Source of the DNA: Promethearchaeota archaeon
GTDB lineage: Archaea > Asgardarchaeota > Lokiarchaeia > Sigyniarchaeales > SOKP01
DNA: 64,000 nucleotides
Direction of reading: 5' to 3'
Assembly: GCA_019894975.1 (NCBI GenBank)
Contig: JAGXNO010000002.1
Location: 96,001 to 160,000 of the forward strand
The notes under the pieces were generated by a model, which worked only from the letters and a program-made list of their open reading frames with translations, was not told the origin of the DNA and did not search any database. This document shows positions 10,543-21,600 of this stretch, in pieces. Position numbers and translations under genes: made by a program. The first letter of the stretch is position 1. Each line of letters starts with the position of its first letter.

Positions 10543-10789
10543 AAATTATCACTCCATTCTGTAAAAAATTGTAATAAAATTGCGTTAAAAGTATTTAAAA
10601 TCCACTAAAAGTATTAAAAATAACCTAATCAGAAGAAATTAGCTTTTTTTCTGTCTGTGTTTAAAGCTTAATGAAGAAATTAATATCGTATAGATTTTTT
10701 TGTATGATTACCTTTATATTTTGCATAAATTTTATTTAAAATAGAATTGGAAAGTATTATTGAGAAAAAATTAAGAAAATGCTCTAATT

Positions 10790-12079
10790 ATGATAAACGA
10801 TAATTATCAACACCCGTCTAAAGATATACTAGAAAGTAAGGGAACTATCCTTAGAGGAAAAACTATTTGCATGTGTTTAACTGGTTCAGTAGCCGTTATA
10901 ACATCTCCAATTGTTGCAAGGGAACTGATGAGGTTAGGTGCCGAAGTAATATGTGTGATGTCCAAAGCAGCTACAGAATTAATTAATCCCTCTTTGATGG
11001 AATGGGCAACAGGAAATAAAGTCATTACCAATTTAACTGGTGCGGTGGAACATGTTTATTTAGCTGGTGATAGACCAAAAACAATTGGGAAAGCTGACAT
11101 AATACTAGTTTGTCCCGCAACTGCGAATACAATATCAAAGATTGCCAGTGGTATTGATGATACCCCAGTCACAACTGTTGTTTCTACAGCCTTCGGAACA
11201 TCAATCCCAATAGTAATTGTACCAGCAATGCACGAAAGCATGTATCGGCATCCTATTCTTAAACAAAATGAGAATAAGTTGAGAGAATGTGGAGTTGAGA
11301 TATTGCGTCCTAGACTTTCGGAGGGAAAGGCTAAAATCGCGCGAATTGATGATATTATTGATAGAGTAATAGATATCTTAGTAACCAAAAAAGATTTTGA
11401 GGGTAAAAGAGTTTTGATTACTGCTGGTCCTACTAGAGAAGCAATTGACTCAGTTCGTTTTGTTTCAAATAAATCATCTGGAAAAATGGGAATAGAAATA
11501 GCAAAAGAGGCCGCAGCTAGAGGTGCTGAAGTTATTTTGATCGCCGGGGAATGTAGAGCTAAACTTCCAGAATATATTGAAACTATTCATGTTGTATCCA
11601 CAGATGACTTTATTAAAGCAGTCAAAAATGAAATCTCATATAAAACATATGATTTTTTTATCTCAGCAGCAGCTATAAGTGATTATAAACCAATCGAATG
11701 TATTGAGGGGAAGATTTCCTCTGATAACGTAGAAGAATTGCATCTTAATATGAGACTAACACCAAAAATTATAGATGTAGCTAGAAAAAAAGATTATAAT
11801 TTATTTATTGTTGCATTTAAGGCAGAAACAGACGTTTCTAGAAGTGAGTTAATAAATAGAGCCTATAATCGCCTTAAAAAGTCTGAAATAGATTTAATTG
11901 TAGCTAATGATATAGGCAGAGAAGACATTGGATTTAGCAGTAAGTATAATGAAGTTTATATAATTGATAAGAAAAAACACATTACTCATGTTGAAAGAAA
12001 CACTAAAAGATATATTGCTTCAAAAGTTCTTGATGTTGTTTTAGAAGCAAGAAAAACTAAACAAATTAAATCGGATTAA
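10790..12079 (+). CDS. coaBC: Bifunctional phosphopantothenoylcysteine decarboxylase/synthetase
   Basis: TGSVA, PATANTISK, PAMH, ITAGPTREAIDSVRFVSNKSSGKMG, AAISDY, FKAET, IVAND. Confidence 0.95.
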   Translation: MINDNYQHPSKDILESKGTILRGKTICMCLTGSVAVITSPIVARELMRLGAEVICVMSKAATELINPSLMEWATGNKVITNLTGAVEHVYLAGDRPKTIGKADIILVCPATANTISKIASGIDDTPVTTVVSTAFGTSIPIVIVPAMHESMYRHPILKQNENKLRECGVEILRPRLSEGKAKIARIDDIIDRVIDILVTKKDFEGKRVLITAGPTREAIDSVRFVSNKSSGKMGIEIAKEAAARGAEVILIAGECRAKLPEYIETIHVVSTDDFIKAVKNEISYKTYDFFISAAAISDYKPIECIEGKISSDNVEELHLNMRLTPKIIDVARKKDYNLFIVAFKAETDVSRSELINRAYNRLKKSEIDLIVANDIGREDIGFSSKYNEVYIIDKKKHITHVERNTKRYIASKVLDVVLEARKTKQIKSD

Positions 12080-12386
12080 CACCTAAAAGTTCCTATTTCT
12101 CTTTTAGTGTTAATAAGTTTTATATTTAGTTCTCTATTTAAGGAAAATATTTAAATACTAATTTAATTACACTAAAGAGTGAAGAGAAAAGTTAAGTTTG
12201 CATGGTATGTATAAGAGTGAGGTGTAATATGCTTCACATCTATTATAATACAATAACAAATTAACACTCAATGTATTTATAGGTGTATTATGTTTTAGAA
12301 ATTAATGAAAACAAAAGAACAAGAGTGCGTTTAAAATTTCATCAAAAGAAGAAGGACAGATAAAGCAAGGTACGATTGCAGAATTT

Positions 12387-15300
12387 ATGCGAAAGCGTAC
12401 CCAACTAGTAGGCTTTGAATTTGGGTACTGGAAACATGTTCAATATTGCGCAGAGTTTACAGATAATGCCCTTGATGCTATTGAAAGTTTTCAATGGAAA
12501 GAATTGCAAAAACCTGATACAAAAATCAAATTTTCACTTGACCAAGATCTATTCTTAGAAAAATTCTCGATTTTTGAGGCAGCAAAAGAAGAGAAGAAGA
12601 CTCAACACCTAGATAATGAAGCTAAACACACATTAATGCAGGAATTGGGCATCGAAGCTCCAGATCTAGAGGAGACAGCTATAATAGAGCCCGAAACAAA
12701 GGAAGAGGAATCTGGAGAAATAATTGATAAAGATAAATTAGAAATAGAAGAGGAAGTACAGAGAATCATAGATGATATGCAAGAAATCATTAAACCCGTT
12801 GAAAACATTATTGATGTGGAACCAATCGTTATAGTACGAATAAGAGAATTTGAAGCTCCTTCATTTCTAACTTCTGAATTAAGTCAGAAAAATATAAAGA
12901 GTTTTACCTTTGAGGTTTTCGATAATGGAACTGGTATGGCAAAAATTGATTTAAGAAAATTTGGGAGATATCTTGCTTCATCGAAATCATTGGAGTTAAA
13001 ACAGACAAGGGGAAGCCAAGGATTTGGATCACCAAGCGCTTTTAGTGATGCTCAAAATACAACAGGCAAGCCTATTATTGCAGTTTCAAAGTCATCTGAT
13101 AATGTATATGCTACTGCTACCGAATTTTTTACAACATCCAAAAATGAGAAGAAATATTTAATTCACCCAACTGACATTGATAGCCTATTTTTACATGGTA
13201 CATATATAAAATTGAATTATTTGAATGTAAAATACATTAAAGGATATGTTGAGAAGTATATTGAGGAGACTGCTTACATGAATCCTCATATTACAATTAT
13301 TTATTTAGATCCTGATGGAAAAGAAAAAATTTATCGTCGGTTAGCATCTGCTTTCCCTAAAGAACCCAAATATGCAAAACCACATCCGTCATCGATAAAT
13401 ATTGGTGATCTTCAAGATCTTATTTCAAAATCAGAGAACAAGTCTATTGCATCATTCCTAAAAGAAAATTTTGTAAGGATAACTTCAAAAACAGCAAGAA
13501 ATATTATTGAATTGGCTGAGAGAGACCTTCAAGATAATTTGAATCTTCTGATACTAACGAACGGGTTCATAAGTCGAACACATAAAAAAAATGAGACACC
13601 CTATTATCTTAACTTTGAAAAAAGAGTCTTTGGCCGTTCTACTAACCCTAGAGATAAGCTCATAATTTATAAATTGAATTCTGAAGATCTCTTAGAGAAA
13701 TTTTGGAATTTAATCTCTAAATATAATTTAAGTGAAGTGGATAAAGAAAAAATTAACAAGGAAATAAAAAAATTACATAACCGAATCGATAAATCTGATA
13801 CTCTAAAAGAAAAAAAGAATAATGAAAAACAGATAAAAATTTTATTAAATAATATTGAAGATATCAATAAGGATAAAGAAAAAATAAAAAACGAACTAAA
13901 TACTCTCTTCAAAACTTATAAAAATAGTCTAATTGAGCTAAAAAAAATTAAAAATAGAACTGATTTTGAAGACTTAATTAATAAAGTTCAGCTCTCCAAA
14001 ATTAAACCAACTGATATAACTAAAGAACAGTTCAATTCTCTTTTCCGTGCTTTTAAATCTATTAAATATATGTCTCCTCCAACCGATACAGCGATTCCTG
14101 TTGGTGATTTAATTTTGGAAAATACTTTAATTAAAGAAATTGGATTGCGAGTTTCAGAAGGTATAGACGATTTTGATATTCCTGTAGAAAATATAAGTCA
14201 GACTATTGATATTATAAATGAGGAAAAAAAACTTGCCTTAACCAGTGGGGAGTCAAAGAACAAGCCTGAAATTTTAGAGGATCTTTCAATAAATCCAGAA
14301 GAAGTTATTAGTTTAAGTTCTGATATATTAGGAAATATCGATATAGGGGGAGATAAATTAGAAATTCGACAAATTCAAAATTCTATTGATGATCTTCTTA
14401 CATTTTCTGAGATTGAACCTGTTGTTAGTTATGGTGATGTTTTTGAATATTTTATTGAAAATTATACTAAAGATGATGATTTTGTGTCAGCTGAAACCAG
14501 ATCCCCTACAACTGGGAAGGGATTAGCTTATGTTGTGGAAGCAGTTATGGCTTATTCAAGAAATATTGAAGTTCCAAAACGTTCAAGAGATGTATTATCT
14601 AGATTTGTGAATAGAACCCCTAAATTAAGAGATAGTGCCGATTGTGCTATAACCAAAGCTGTTCAGTCAGTGAATTGGAAAAATTATAAACTTGAAACTT
14701 ATGATAATAATTTACCAAAAGGACCAATTAAATTGTTGGTAAATGTCTCTGGACCATTTGTACACCTTATGTTTAAATCCCAATCAAAGAATGCATTGGC
14801 TGATGATGAAAATCTAATTAAAGAAATAAAGTTCTGTCTTGAATCAATAGGAAGAAGACTGAGGATCTACATTAATAGAAGAGCAAACCGTCATCAAAGT
14901 CAAAAGCGAGCTAGTTTAATTGAAAAGTATATCCCCATTTTTTCCCAAAGTATCTACAATATTGCTTCTAAAGGGGAGAGCAAATATAAAGCAGAAATTA
15001 AATTAGAAGAAATTATAAATTCAATGAAGCAAGCAATTGGAAAAAAACCTGTTCCTACGATTGAAGATGAATTGAAAACTGAAAAACCTGAGGATAAAAA
15101 ACTGGATATATCAAAAGAAGTAGTGCAGGAAGAACCAAGTCAGGTTGAAGTAAAAAGTTCTAGAAAAGAAATTGAAGAAAGGTTACCTAAAATAGATTTA
15201 ATTTCTAAAAAGACTTTATTGAATTGGACTGTTGATGAACTTAAAACATATTGTATAGAGCAACAAATAACTTTACCTTCGACTGCAAGGAAAAATCAAA

Positions 15301-15683
15301 TAATTGAGAAGATACTTGACTCATTTGTTATTGAAAAAATTTCAAAAAAGCCTTCTGAACCTAAACCTCAAACAAAGGCAATGATTGTGGAAAAATCTAC
15401 ACCCCCAAAATCTCCAATTAAACGAAAGCCTAAAGAAATTATAGCCCAACCAAAACCCTCAAAACCAAAGTCAACCCAAACTACACTCCCAATGATAACT
15501 TCCGATAGAATTCTGAAAGTATTATCAGACGAATGGCAGACAATAAAACATCTAATTTTCAAATTAAAAATAAAGGATATGATGGACGCGAGATATCTTC
15601 AACTGAAACTTAAAGAACTGGAGCGTAAGGAAGAAGTGCTAGTTGAAGTAAAAATGGGTAGAAAACAATGGAAATTAAAGTAG
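12387..15683 (+). CDS. top6B: DNA topoisomerase VI subunit B with large insertions and C-terminal extension (true start probably upstream, ~12336)
   Basis: GHKL motifs EFTDNALDA, DNGTG, RGSQGFG, HGT; KPHP; RFVNRTP; lies directly upstream of top6A. Confidence 0.92.
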   Translation: MRKRTQLVGFEFGYWKHVQYCAEFTDNALDAIESFQWKELQKPDTKIKFSLDQDLFLEKFSIFEAAKEEKKTQHLDNEAKHTLMQELGIEAPDLEETAIIEPETKEEESGEIIDKDKLEIEEEVQRIIDDMQEIIKPVENIIDVEPIVIVRIREFEAPSFLTSELSQKNIKSFTFEVFDNGTGMAKIDLRKFGRYLASSKSLELKQTRGSQGFGSPSAFSDAQNTTGKPIIAVSKSSDNVYATATEFFTTSKNEKKYLIHPTDIDSLFLHGTYIKLNYLNVKYIKGYVEKYIEETAYMNPHITIIYLDPDGKEKIYRRLASAFPKEPKYAKPHPSSINIGDLQDLISKSENKSIASFLKENFVRITSKTARNIIELAERDLQDNLNLLILTNGFISRTHKKNETPYYLNFEKRVFGRSTNPRDKLIIYKLNSEDLLEKFWNLISKYNLSEVDKEKINKEIKKLHNRIDKSDTLKEKKNNEKQIKILLNNIEDINKDKEKIKNELNTLFKTYKNSLIELKKIKNRTDFEDLINKVQLSKIKPTDITKEQFNSLFRAFKSIKYMSPPTDTAIPVGDLILENTLIKEIGLRVSEGIDDFDIPVENISQTIDIINEEKKLALTSGESKNKPEILEDLSINPEEVISLSSDILGNIDIGGDKLEIRQIQNSIDDLLTFSEIEPVVSYGDVFEYFIENYTKDDDFVSAETRSPTTGKGLAYVVEAVMAYSRNIEVPKRSRDVLSRFVNRTPKLRDSADCAITKAVQSVNWKNYKLETYDNNLPKGPIKLLVNVSGPFVHLMFKSQSKNALADDENLIKEIKFCLESIGRRLRIYINRRANRHQSQKRASLIEKYIPIFSQSIYNIASKGESKYKAEIKLEEIINSMKQAIGKKPVPTIEDELKTEKPEDKKLDISKEVVQEEPSQVEVKSSRKEIEERLPKIDLISKKTLLNWTVDELKTYCIEQQITLPSTARKNQIIEKILDSFVIEKISKKPSEPKPQTKAMIVEKSTPPKSPIKRKPKEIIAQPKPSKPKSTQTTLPMITSDRILKVLSDEWQTIKHLIFKLKIKDMMDARYLQLKLKELERKEEVLVEVKMGRKQWKLK

Positions 15684-15710
15684 AATTATAAAAAAATATC
15701 GTGGTAAATC

Positions 15711-16898
15711 ATGGCTAAAAAGCAAGAAACTAAAATATTAGATTTAATAGCAGCGAGAAATTTATTTCTTGAGTATTTAGAAAGAAGAAGTGACAGAAAA
15801 GAAATTGATCTTCCCCCAGATACTGTTCAGATCGATGATCTTGCGAGAAAGGAAACATTAGAAAGATTATATAAACTTGTAGATAGTGTAATTGAGAAAA
15901 TCTATAGTACAGGAAGACCGTCTATTGAATTACCTTCAAGAACAAGTTCTAATATAATATGGGATGAGGAAAACGATTTATTATTACTCGGAAAGCAAAT
16001 AATGGAAAAACACTTTCATTCTCTTACAAGTGTAGCAGATATAACCAGATTAATGCGAGTTTTAGAAAAAGTTAATGAATTACTCGTTAAAGATCTTCAT
16101 GCAACAAAGAGGGAAATCTTCTATTCGGATGTAAAATTATTCTCAGAGCAAAAAAATAGCGATAAAAGCATTGAAGATGTAGCAAGCATGCTTTACACTA
16201 CACGAAATTCAACACATATCGTTGCATCGGCGAAAGGTGCTTGTATTGGTAGACTCAGAATAAGAGATAGAAGTGATATCATTGATCTTGAGGGATTAGG
16301 AACTGGGGGGTGGATGATAAGCCCGATGCTAGATAATATTGAAATTCTCGAATCTGATGCTGAATTTATTTTAGTCTTAGAAAAAGATGCCGCAATGATA
16401 CGATTATCTGAAGCCAGATTTTGGCGAAGATATCCTTGTATCATTTTAACAGCTAAAGGCGCTGCTGATATTGCTACGAGAATGTTTTTAAAACGATTAA
16501 ATAAAGAATTAAATTTACCAGTATTTAGCTTAGTTGATAGCGATCCTTATGGACATTATATTCATTCTGTTTATTTAAGAGGATCTAAACGCTTAAGCTA
16601 TGAATCTCCCTTCTTAGCAACTCCAGATATAAAACTACTTGGGGTTTTAACAAGAGATTTAGATAAATATAAGATTCCAGATGATTGTAGGATACCCATG
16701 AATAAAACGGATGAGAAAAGAACAAAAGAAATGCTTGAAGAGGATTTCGTAAAAAAGAATAAAGCTTGGGAAACTGACTTGAAATTAGCATTAAAATTAA
16801 AGGTTAAAGCTGAAATACAAGCTCTTTCAAGTCATGGATTTGAATTTCTTACTGATGTATATCTTCCAGAAAAATTAACTACTGGTGATTGGATATAA
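15711..16898 (+). CDS. top6A: DNA topoisomerase VI subunit A (Spo11 family)
   Basis: TKREIFY catalytic Tyr, Toprim EKDA and DSDPYG, KAEIQAL. Confidence 0.97.
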   Translation: MAKKQETKILDLIAARNLFLEYLERRSDRKEIDLPPDTVQIDDLARKETLERLYKLVDSVIEKIYSTGRPSIELPSRTSSNIIWDEENDLLLLGKQIMEKHFHSLTSVADITRLMRVLEKVNELLVKDLHATKREIFYSDVKLFSEQKNSDKSIEDVASMLYTTRNSTHIVASAKGACIGRLRIRDRSDIIDLEGLGTGGWMISPMLDNIEILESDAEFILVLEKDAAMIRLSEARFWRRYPCIILTAKGAADIATRMFLKRLNKELNLPVFSLVDSDPYGHYIHSVYLRGSKRLSYESPFLATPDIKLLGVLTRDLDKYKIPDDCRIPMNKTDEKRTKEMLEEDFVKKNKAWETDLKLALKLKVKAEIQALSSHGFEFLTDVYLPEKLTTGDWI

Positions 16899-17281
16899 GA
16901 ATTTTTCGAAAAAAAGATGGTGGAATAGTCCAAATTGTTGATAAGGAAAAAATTATGGAATGGCCAATAGAATTCCCTTTAAAATTCGTTGAAGATATAA
17001 GAAGTAAACTTAAAAGTTATCGAGATACAAAAGTTCAAGACGAAATTTCTAAATATCTGGATGAAATTTTAACTACCTTAGCTATCCCAAATATTAAAGA
17101 AGCTCTTGAAAGTGGCACTAGCGAGAATATTTCATCCATGTTAACTTCTTTTGAGGAACTCTCAGAAACAAATGCTGATGCTCTTAAACCAATAACATCT
17201 TTATTAGAAAACTTAACTAGAAATAATAATAAAAGCGTGGCAGGAAGCGCACAAAGGATACTAGATAATATAGAAAGTTGA
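16889..17281 (+). CDS. Hypothetical protein with C-terminal HEAT-like helices; start probably ATA at 16895
   Basis: Overlaps the top6A stop; coherent helical sequence; GGTGA at 16884-16888. Confidence 0.65.
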   Translation: MDIRIFRKKDGGIVQIVDKEKIMEWPIEFPLKFVEDIRSKLKSYRDTKVQDEISKYLDEILTTLAIPNIKEALESGTSENISSMLTSFEELSETNADALKPITSLLENLTRNNNKSVAGSAQRILDNIES

Positions 17282-17302
17282 AATTAAGGTAATTGAATTA
17301 CA

Positions 17303-17974
17303 ATGAAGTGGAAAAAGGATGATTTTTACAATTTTATTATTAAACAAAACGTTGTTGGCTTCTTCAAAGAACCAATAAAATTAAAGTCTGGTAGGCTCTC
17401 ATCTTGGTATGTAAATTGGAGAAATGTTGCTAAAAATGTTCAATCAATTGATAATTTATCCGATTTCATTATAGCATATGTGAAAAGTGTAGGGTTAACA
17501 CCTGATTGTTTTTACGGTGTTCCCGAAGGAGCTACGAAACTCGGTATAATTTGCCAATATAAATGGGCAAAAAGTCAACCAAGTTATAAAAAGACAGACT
17601 ACATGTTATCAATGGGACGAGCTCAACCCAAAGACCATGGGGATCCAAAAGATCGATTTTTCTTAGGAATTCCTCAAGGAAAAGTTATAATTCTAGAAGA
17701 TGTTACTACTACAGGAAACTCTTTAATTGAAACTATCGATAAATTAAACCAGATCGATGTTTCAATAATAGCCGCGATTGGTCTCACAAATAGGAATGAA
17801 TTAAGAGAAGATAAGAAAACTGTAGAGCGGGCTGTAAAAGAAAAGGGTGTTAATTATTATGCCATGAGCAATGCAATAGATCTAATACCATACCTCAAAC
17901 CGGATAAAATAATTGCACAAAAGATTGAAGAATATTTCAAAAAATATGGATCTAGAGAAATTGAATTATCCTAA
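17303..17974 (+). CDS. pyrE: Orotate phosphoribosyltransferase-like (type I PRTase)
   Basis: LKSGR.S.WY, KDHG, PRPP loop ILEDVTTTGNS. Confidence 0.8.
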   Translation: MKWKKDDFYNFIIKQNVVGFFKEPIKLKSGRLSSWYVNWRNVAKNVQSIDNLSDFIIAYVKSVGLTPDCFYGVPEGATKLGIICQYKWAKSQPSYKKTDYMLSMGRAQPKDHGDPKDRFFLGIPQGKVIILEDVTTTGNSLIETIDKLNQIDVSIIAAIGLTNRNELREDKKTVERAVKEKGVNYYAMSNAIDLIPYLKPDKIIAQKIEEYFKKYGSREIELS

Positions 17975-18017
17975 CATAAAATCAAATTGAAGTTCTTGTC
18001 AGTAGCTTTCATAAAAA

Positions 18018-18593
18018 TCAAAGACTATTACTTAAGAAGAAATTCCTCCATTGCTTTATGATATTAAATAAGATATCAAACAATTTCTTCTCAGAAATTG
18101 TCAATCTACGTTCATCATCTAAAGATAATTCGGTTTTAGCTAGTTTTATTAATTTTAACAACCGATTATCTACAATACTCAATAAGTATGAATTATATCT
18201 ATCGAGATTAATCTGAGGTTTTTTTTTTTTTTTAATGTCTTCTACCATAAATTGTTTAAATTCCTTAACTTTGCTTAAGAAAAAATTGTCACTGGGGTGA
18301 ATTAATTTCTGATCATCTCTTTCACTTATAGCATACCTCTGCACATCAACATTATCACATTTTTCCTGCTGAATTATCTCTAAGATGTCATTTTGCATAA
18401 AAGGAACAGCAGAAAATAACTTCATTTTATATTTATTCCCTTTCTCATAAGGACCAAATGATTCCCCAAATAATTTAAACCCATTATGACTTTTAATGCA
18501 CTCAGTAGTGATTATTTCATTTTTAAAGATAAAATTTATTCTATTTAGTGAACTTACAAAGCCTTCTTCAATGGTTTCCAAATAATTTCTCAC
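18018..18593 (-). CDS. GINS complex subunit, Gins23/Psf2-like
   Basis: N-terminal beta B-domain (FGPYEKGNKYKMKLFSA) followed by helical A-domain ending RLLKLIKLA...LTISEK..F....W; near mcm. Confidence 0.65.
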   Translation of the reverse strand: MRNYLETIEEGFVSSLNRINFIFKNEIITTECIKSHNGFKLFGESFGPYEKGNKYKMKLFSAVPFMQNDILEIIQQEKCDNVDVQRYAISERDDQKLIHPSDNFFLSKVKEFKQFMVEDIKKKKKPQINLDRYNSYLLSIVDNRLLKLIKLAKTELSLDDERRLTISEKKLFDILFNIIKQWRNFFLSNSL

Positions 18594-18688
18594 TAGACTT
18601 ATTAAATTTTAATAACTTTATACTATATACAAACGTAATACAAGAAATATAATCTTAATATTAAATTATTAATATTCTATAAAAATTT

Positions 18689-21600
18689 GTGAAAATCTTG
18701 ATTATTGAAATAATTCTTTTAATAATTTTTCTCATTTTTTTTGCTTTTGGATTCTTTCTTATATATCGACAAGTTGCTTTAGTAAAAAGGGGAGAGTTCC
18801 GTAATAAAGATAGATTTCAGTGTATTATTTATGGTTTTATTTTTAGTCTAGCGATTATGGTTGTCGTTGCGGTAGGCTTTATTTTTGCTGTAAAAACACC
18901 AGAATTATGGCCAAATACTCCTCCAAATATTAACCCTTTAGTCTTATTAATACCATTCATGTTTAGCCTAGCATATATGACGGTTTATCCCCTTATAGAT
19001 TTTTTGTTTATTGCCTTAAGTAAAGAATCTGATGAGGGATTGACTCCTTTTCAAAGATTTATTAGTTTAAAAGTCATAAACAAATTTAATAAAAAACTAG
19101 TAGCAGTATTGATTGCCCTTTCTTTCTATTTATTAGTATTTATTCTTCCACCAATCATCTTATCAATAATAGGATTACCATTTATAATGATATGGATAAG
19201 CTGGATGCTCGTTTATCCTTTAATGATTCTTACCTTCTATGGCTCAAAAGGATATATAGCAGGAATTTCCAATGCCTATTATCATATTCCTTATATTAGT
19301 CGATCAATGTTTCTCAATTTCGAAGATCCCAAAAGAGGTTTTAAACAGTTTTTCTCTGAACCGGGTCATTATATAATTTTAGGACTAATGTTATTTGTAT
19401 TTGTTTGGGCATGGATTTCTTTATTTCAAACTATCGGTTTCTTTTTTACTGGATCATTAGCCATTTCAACGATGTCTTCTGTCTTTGTCTTTGTTACTTT
19501 ATTTTTTGGAATAATTGGATACTTTACTCGATTTTGGGGAAGGAAAATTAAGTATCGGGGGATCGACATCTACTTTGCTGCTTATTTAATGGCATGTATA
19601 GGTATCAATGTCCTTGTAAATTTTTTAATTGTAAACCCAAGTAAATTGTTTGATACCTTCAATTTATGGAATATCACTAGTCAAATTAACGCCAATTCAG
19701 AAATGTTCGCATGGGCGGCAGTCATTGAGGAAATCGTCCTAATAATATTCACTTCTTACTTTTTACTAGCTCGGAAAAACGAATTTATAAGAAATATTAA
19801 ATTCTCAAAGATAACTGAATCTGGACAGTCTTTTGATCCTATTCCTTTATTCAATTTCATTAAAAATTCTGATCCTAAAATTAGAAAAAATGCAGAAGAG
19901 GCATTAATATTAATGTTTGAAAGAATTCCCTTAAAATCAGATATCGATCTTAATAATTGGAAATTTAAAAACTCGTTACTAGACGGGTTATGCGATTCTG
20001 ATATCGATACAAGAAGGATAAGTTATCAAATTTTCGAACAGCTTAGCAAAGATATTCCTGAGGTTATACTTCCATGGATAATTGAATCATTAGAATCTCC
20101 GAATTATGAAAAAAACATTCCAGTATTAAAAATTCTAATAAACACCGATAAATTCTTTCTTGAAAATATACCTCAAGATATAATTTTTAGCCTATTAGAA
20201 GAACCAGAGTGGAGACTTAAATTATATGGATTAAAACTATTTTCACGATTATTAAAAGGGAAAACAGATTTAATTCAAAAGGTTAATTTTAGAAAATTCA
20301 TGAATGACCCTAATAGCAAGATTCAAATAGAAATTTTAAACATCTTAGCTGAATCTTCAACGAGTCTTCCTTATGATATAATTATTGATAAGATTTTTAA
20401 TGCAAACAATGAGATAAGAGCTGCTGCCATTAAAAATTTGAAAAATCTAAGCAAAGAAGGATTAGATGAAAAAATTGTCTTAAAAATCATCCCAGCTATG
20501 AAAGATCCCTCAAGTTCAGTTAGGGCTTCGATCTTCGGTATTTTCGCAAATGTAGGGAGATTTAAAAAAAATAAAATTCCCCTTTTACCTCTTCTTGAGG
20601 GATTAAGTGATTTTGATGAAGAAGTTAGGAATGCCGCTATTTTAGCATTAATGAAATATTATGAAGAGATCCCAAATCAACTAAATTTGGATGAGATAAT
20701 AAACAAAATTGATCCCAGTAATATTGAAACACTAAACACTATATTAAGCTTGCTTGGAAGACTTTGGAAACATAACCCTGAAAAAGTTTTAACAACTTTA
20801 TTGGAATATATCAAATTTGAGGATGATCAATTAAAAAAAAACATTTCAAATATTCTGGTTGAAAATTATCCTATTAATCCAGATTTAATTATTCAAAATT
20901 TAATTGGTATACCTGACGATTCTGGTTATTTAACAAAAGGAACTATTGCTAAAACTTTTATTGAAATAGGTAGAAAAGATCCTCTAAATTTAATTAAAAA
21001 ACTCATTGATTTCTTAAAAAGTAATAATATCGATGTTAAATTAAACGTTATTAACGTTATTGGGGGATTAGTTGATGATTTACCAAGTAGTATTGATATC
21101 AAACCAATTTTGACAATAATGCAGGAAGATCAAAACAAACAACTGAAAAAAGAAGCCTCAAAATTAATTTCAAGAATTGCTAAAAATGATCCTAATGTTG
21201 TAAAACCTTTAATATCCGAATTCATGAAGTCAATAAGTAATCAAGACTCCTCTGTACAGATTGTACTTTTTAGATCATTACTAGAAATTGCATCTGTGTC
21301 TCCAGAATTAATACCAATAGATACAATAATCAATCATTTATCAGACTCAGACTCCTTCATCCGTGAAACAAATACAAAAATACTTGGACTTATCGGTTAT
21401 CGAAATCCAATAAGAGTTGTTGATGTATTAATAAATATTGCATTAAATGATGAGGAATGGATTGTTCGGGAAGCAGGTGTTTCGAGTCTGGGGAATATTG
21501 TTAGTGTTATTGAGGATAAGAAACAGATTATTGAAAAACTTTCTTCTCTACTTAGCAATGAGGAAAGTTGGGTTCTTAGATCGGTGTTGATAATATTATC

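Noticed and set aside
10790-12079. CoaBC lacking the bacterial substrate-clamp Cys motif, suggesting inactivity
   Set aside because: The PR..EGKAK form of this loop is usual in archaeal CoaBC proteins
12490-14480. Inteins as the explanation for the Top6B insertions (and in MCM)
   Set aside because: No Cys/Ser...His-Asn splice junctions or LAGLIDADG motifs seen; MCM is of normal length
18219-18233. 15-nt T homopolymer (A15 on the coding strand) in GINS as a slippage or phase-variation site
   Set aside because: The frame is intact (KKKKK) and A/T runs are common in this AT-rich genome; length could be an assembly artefact
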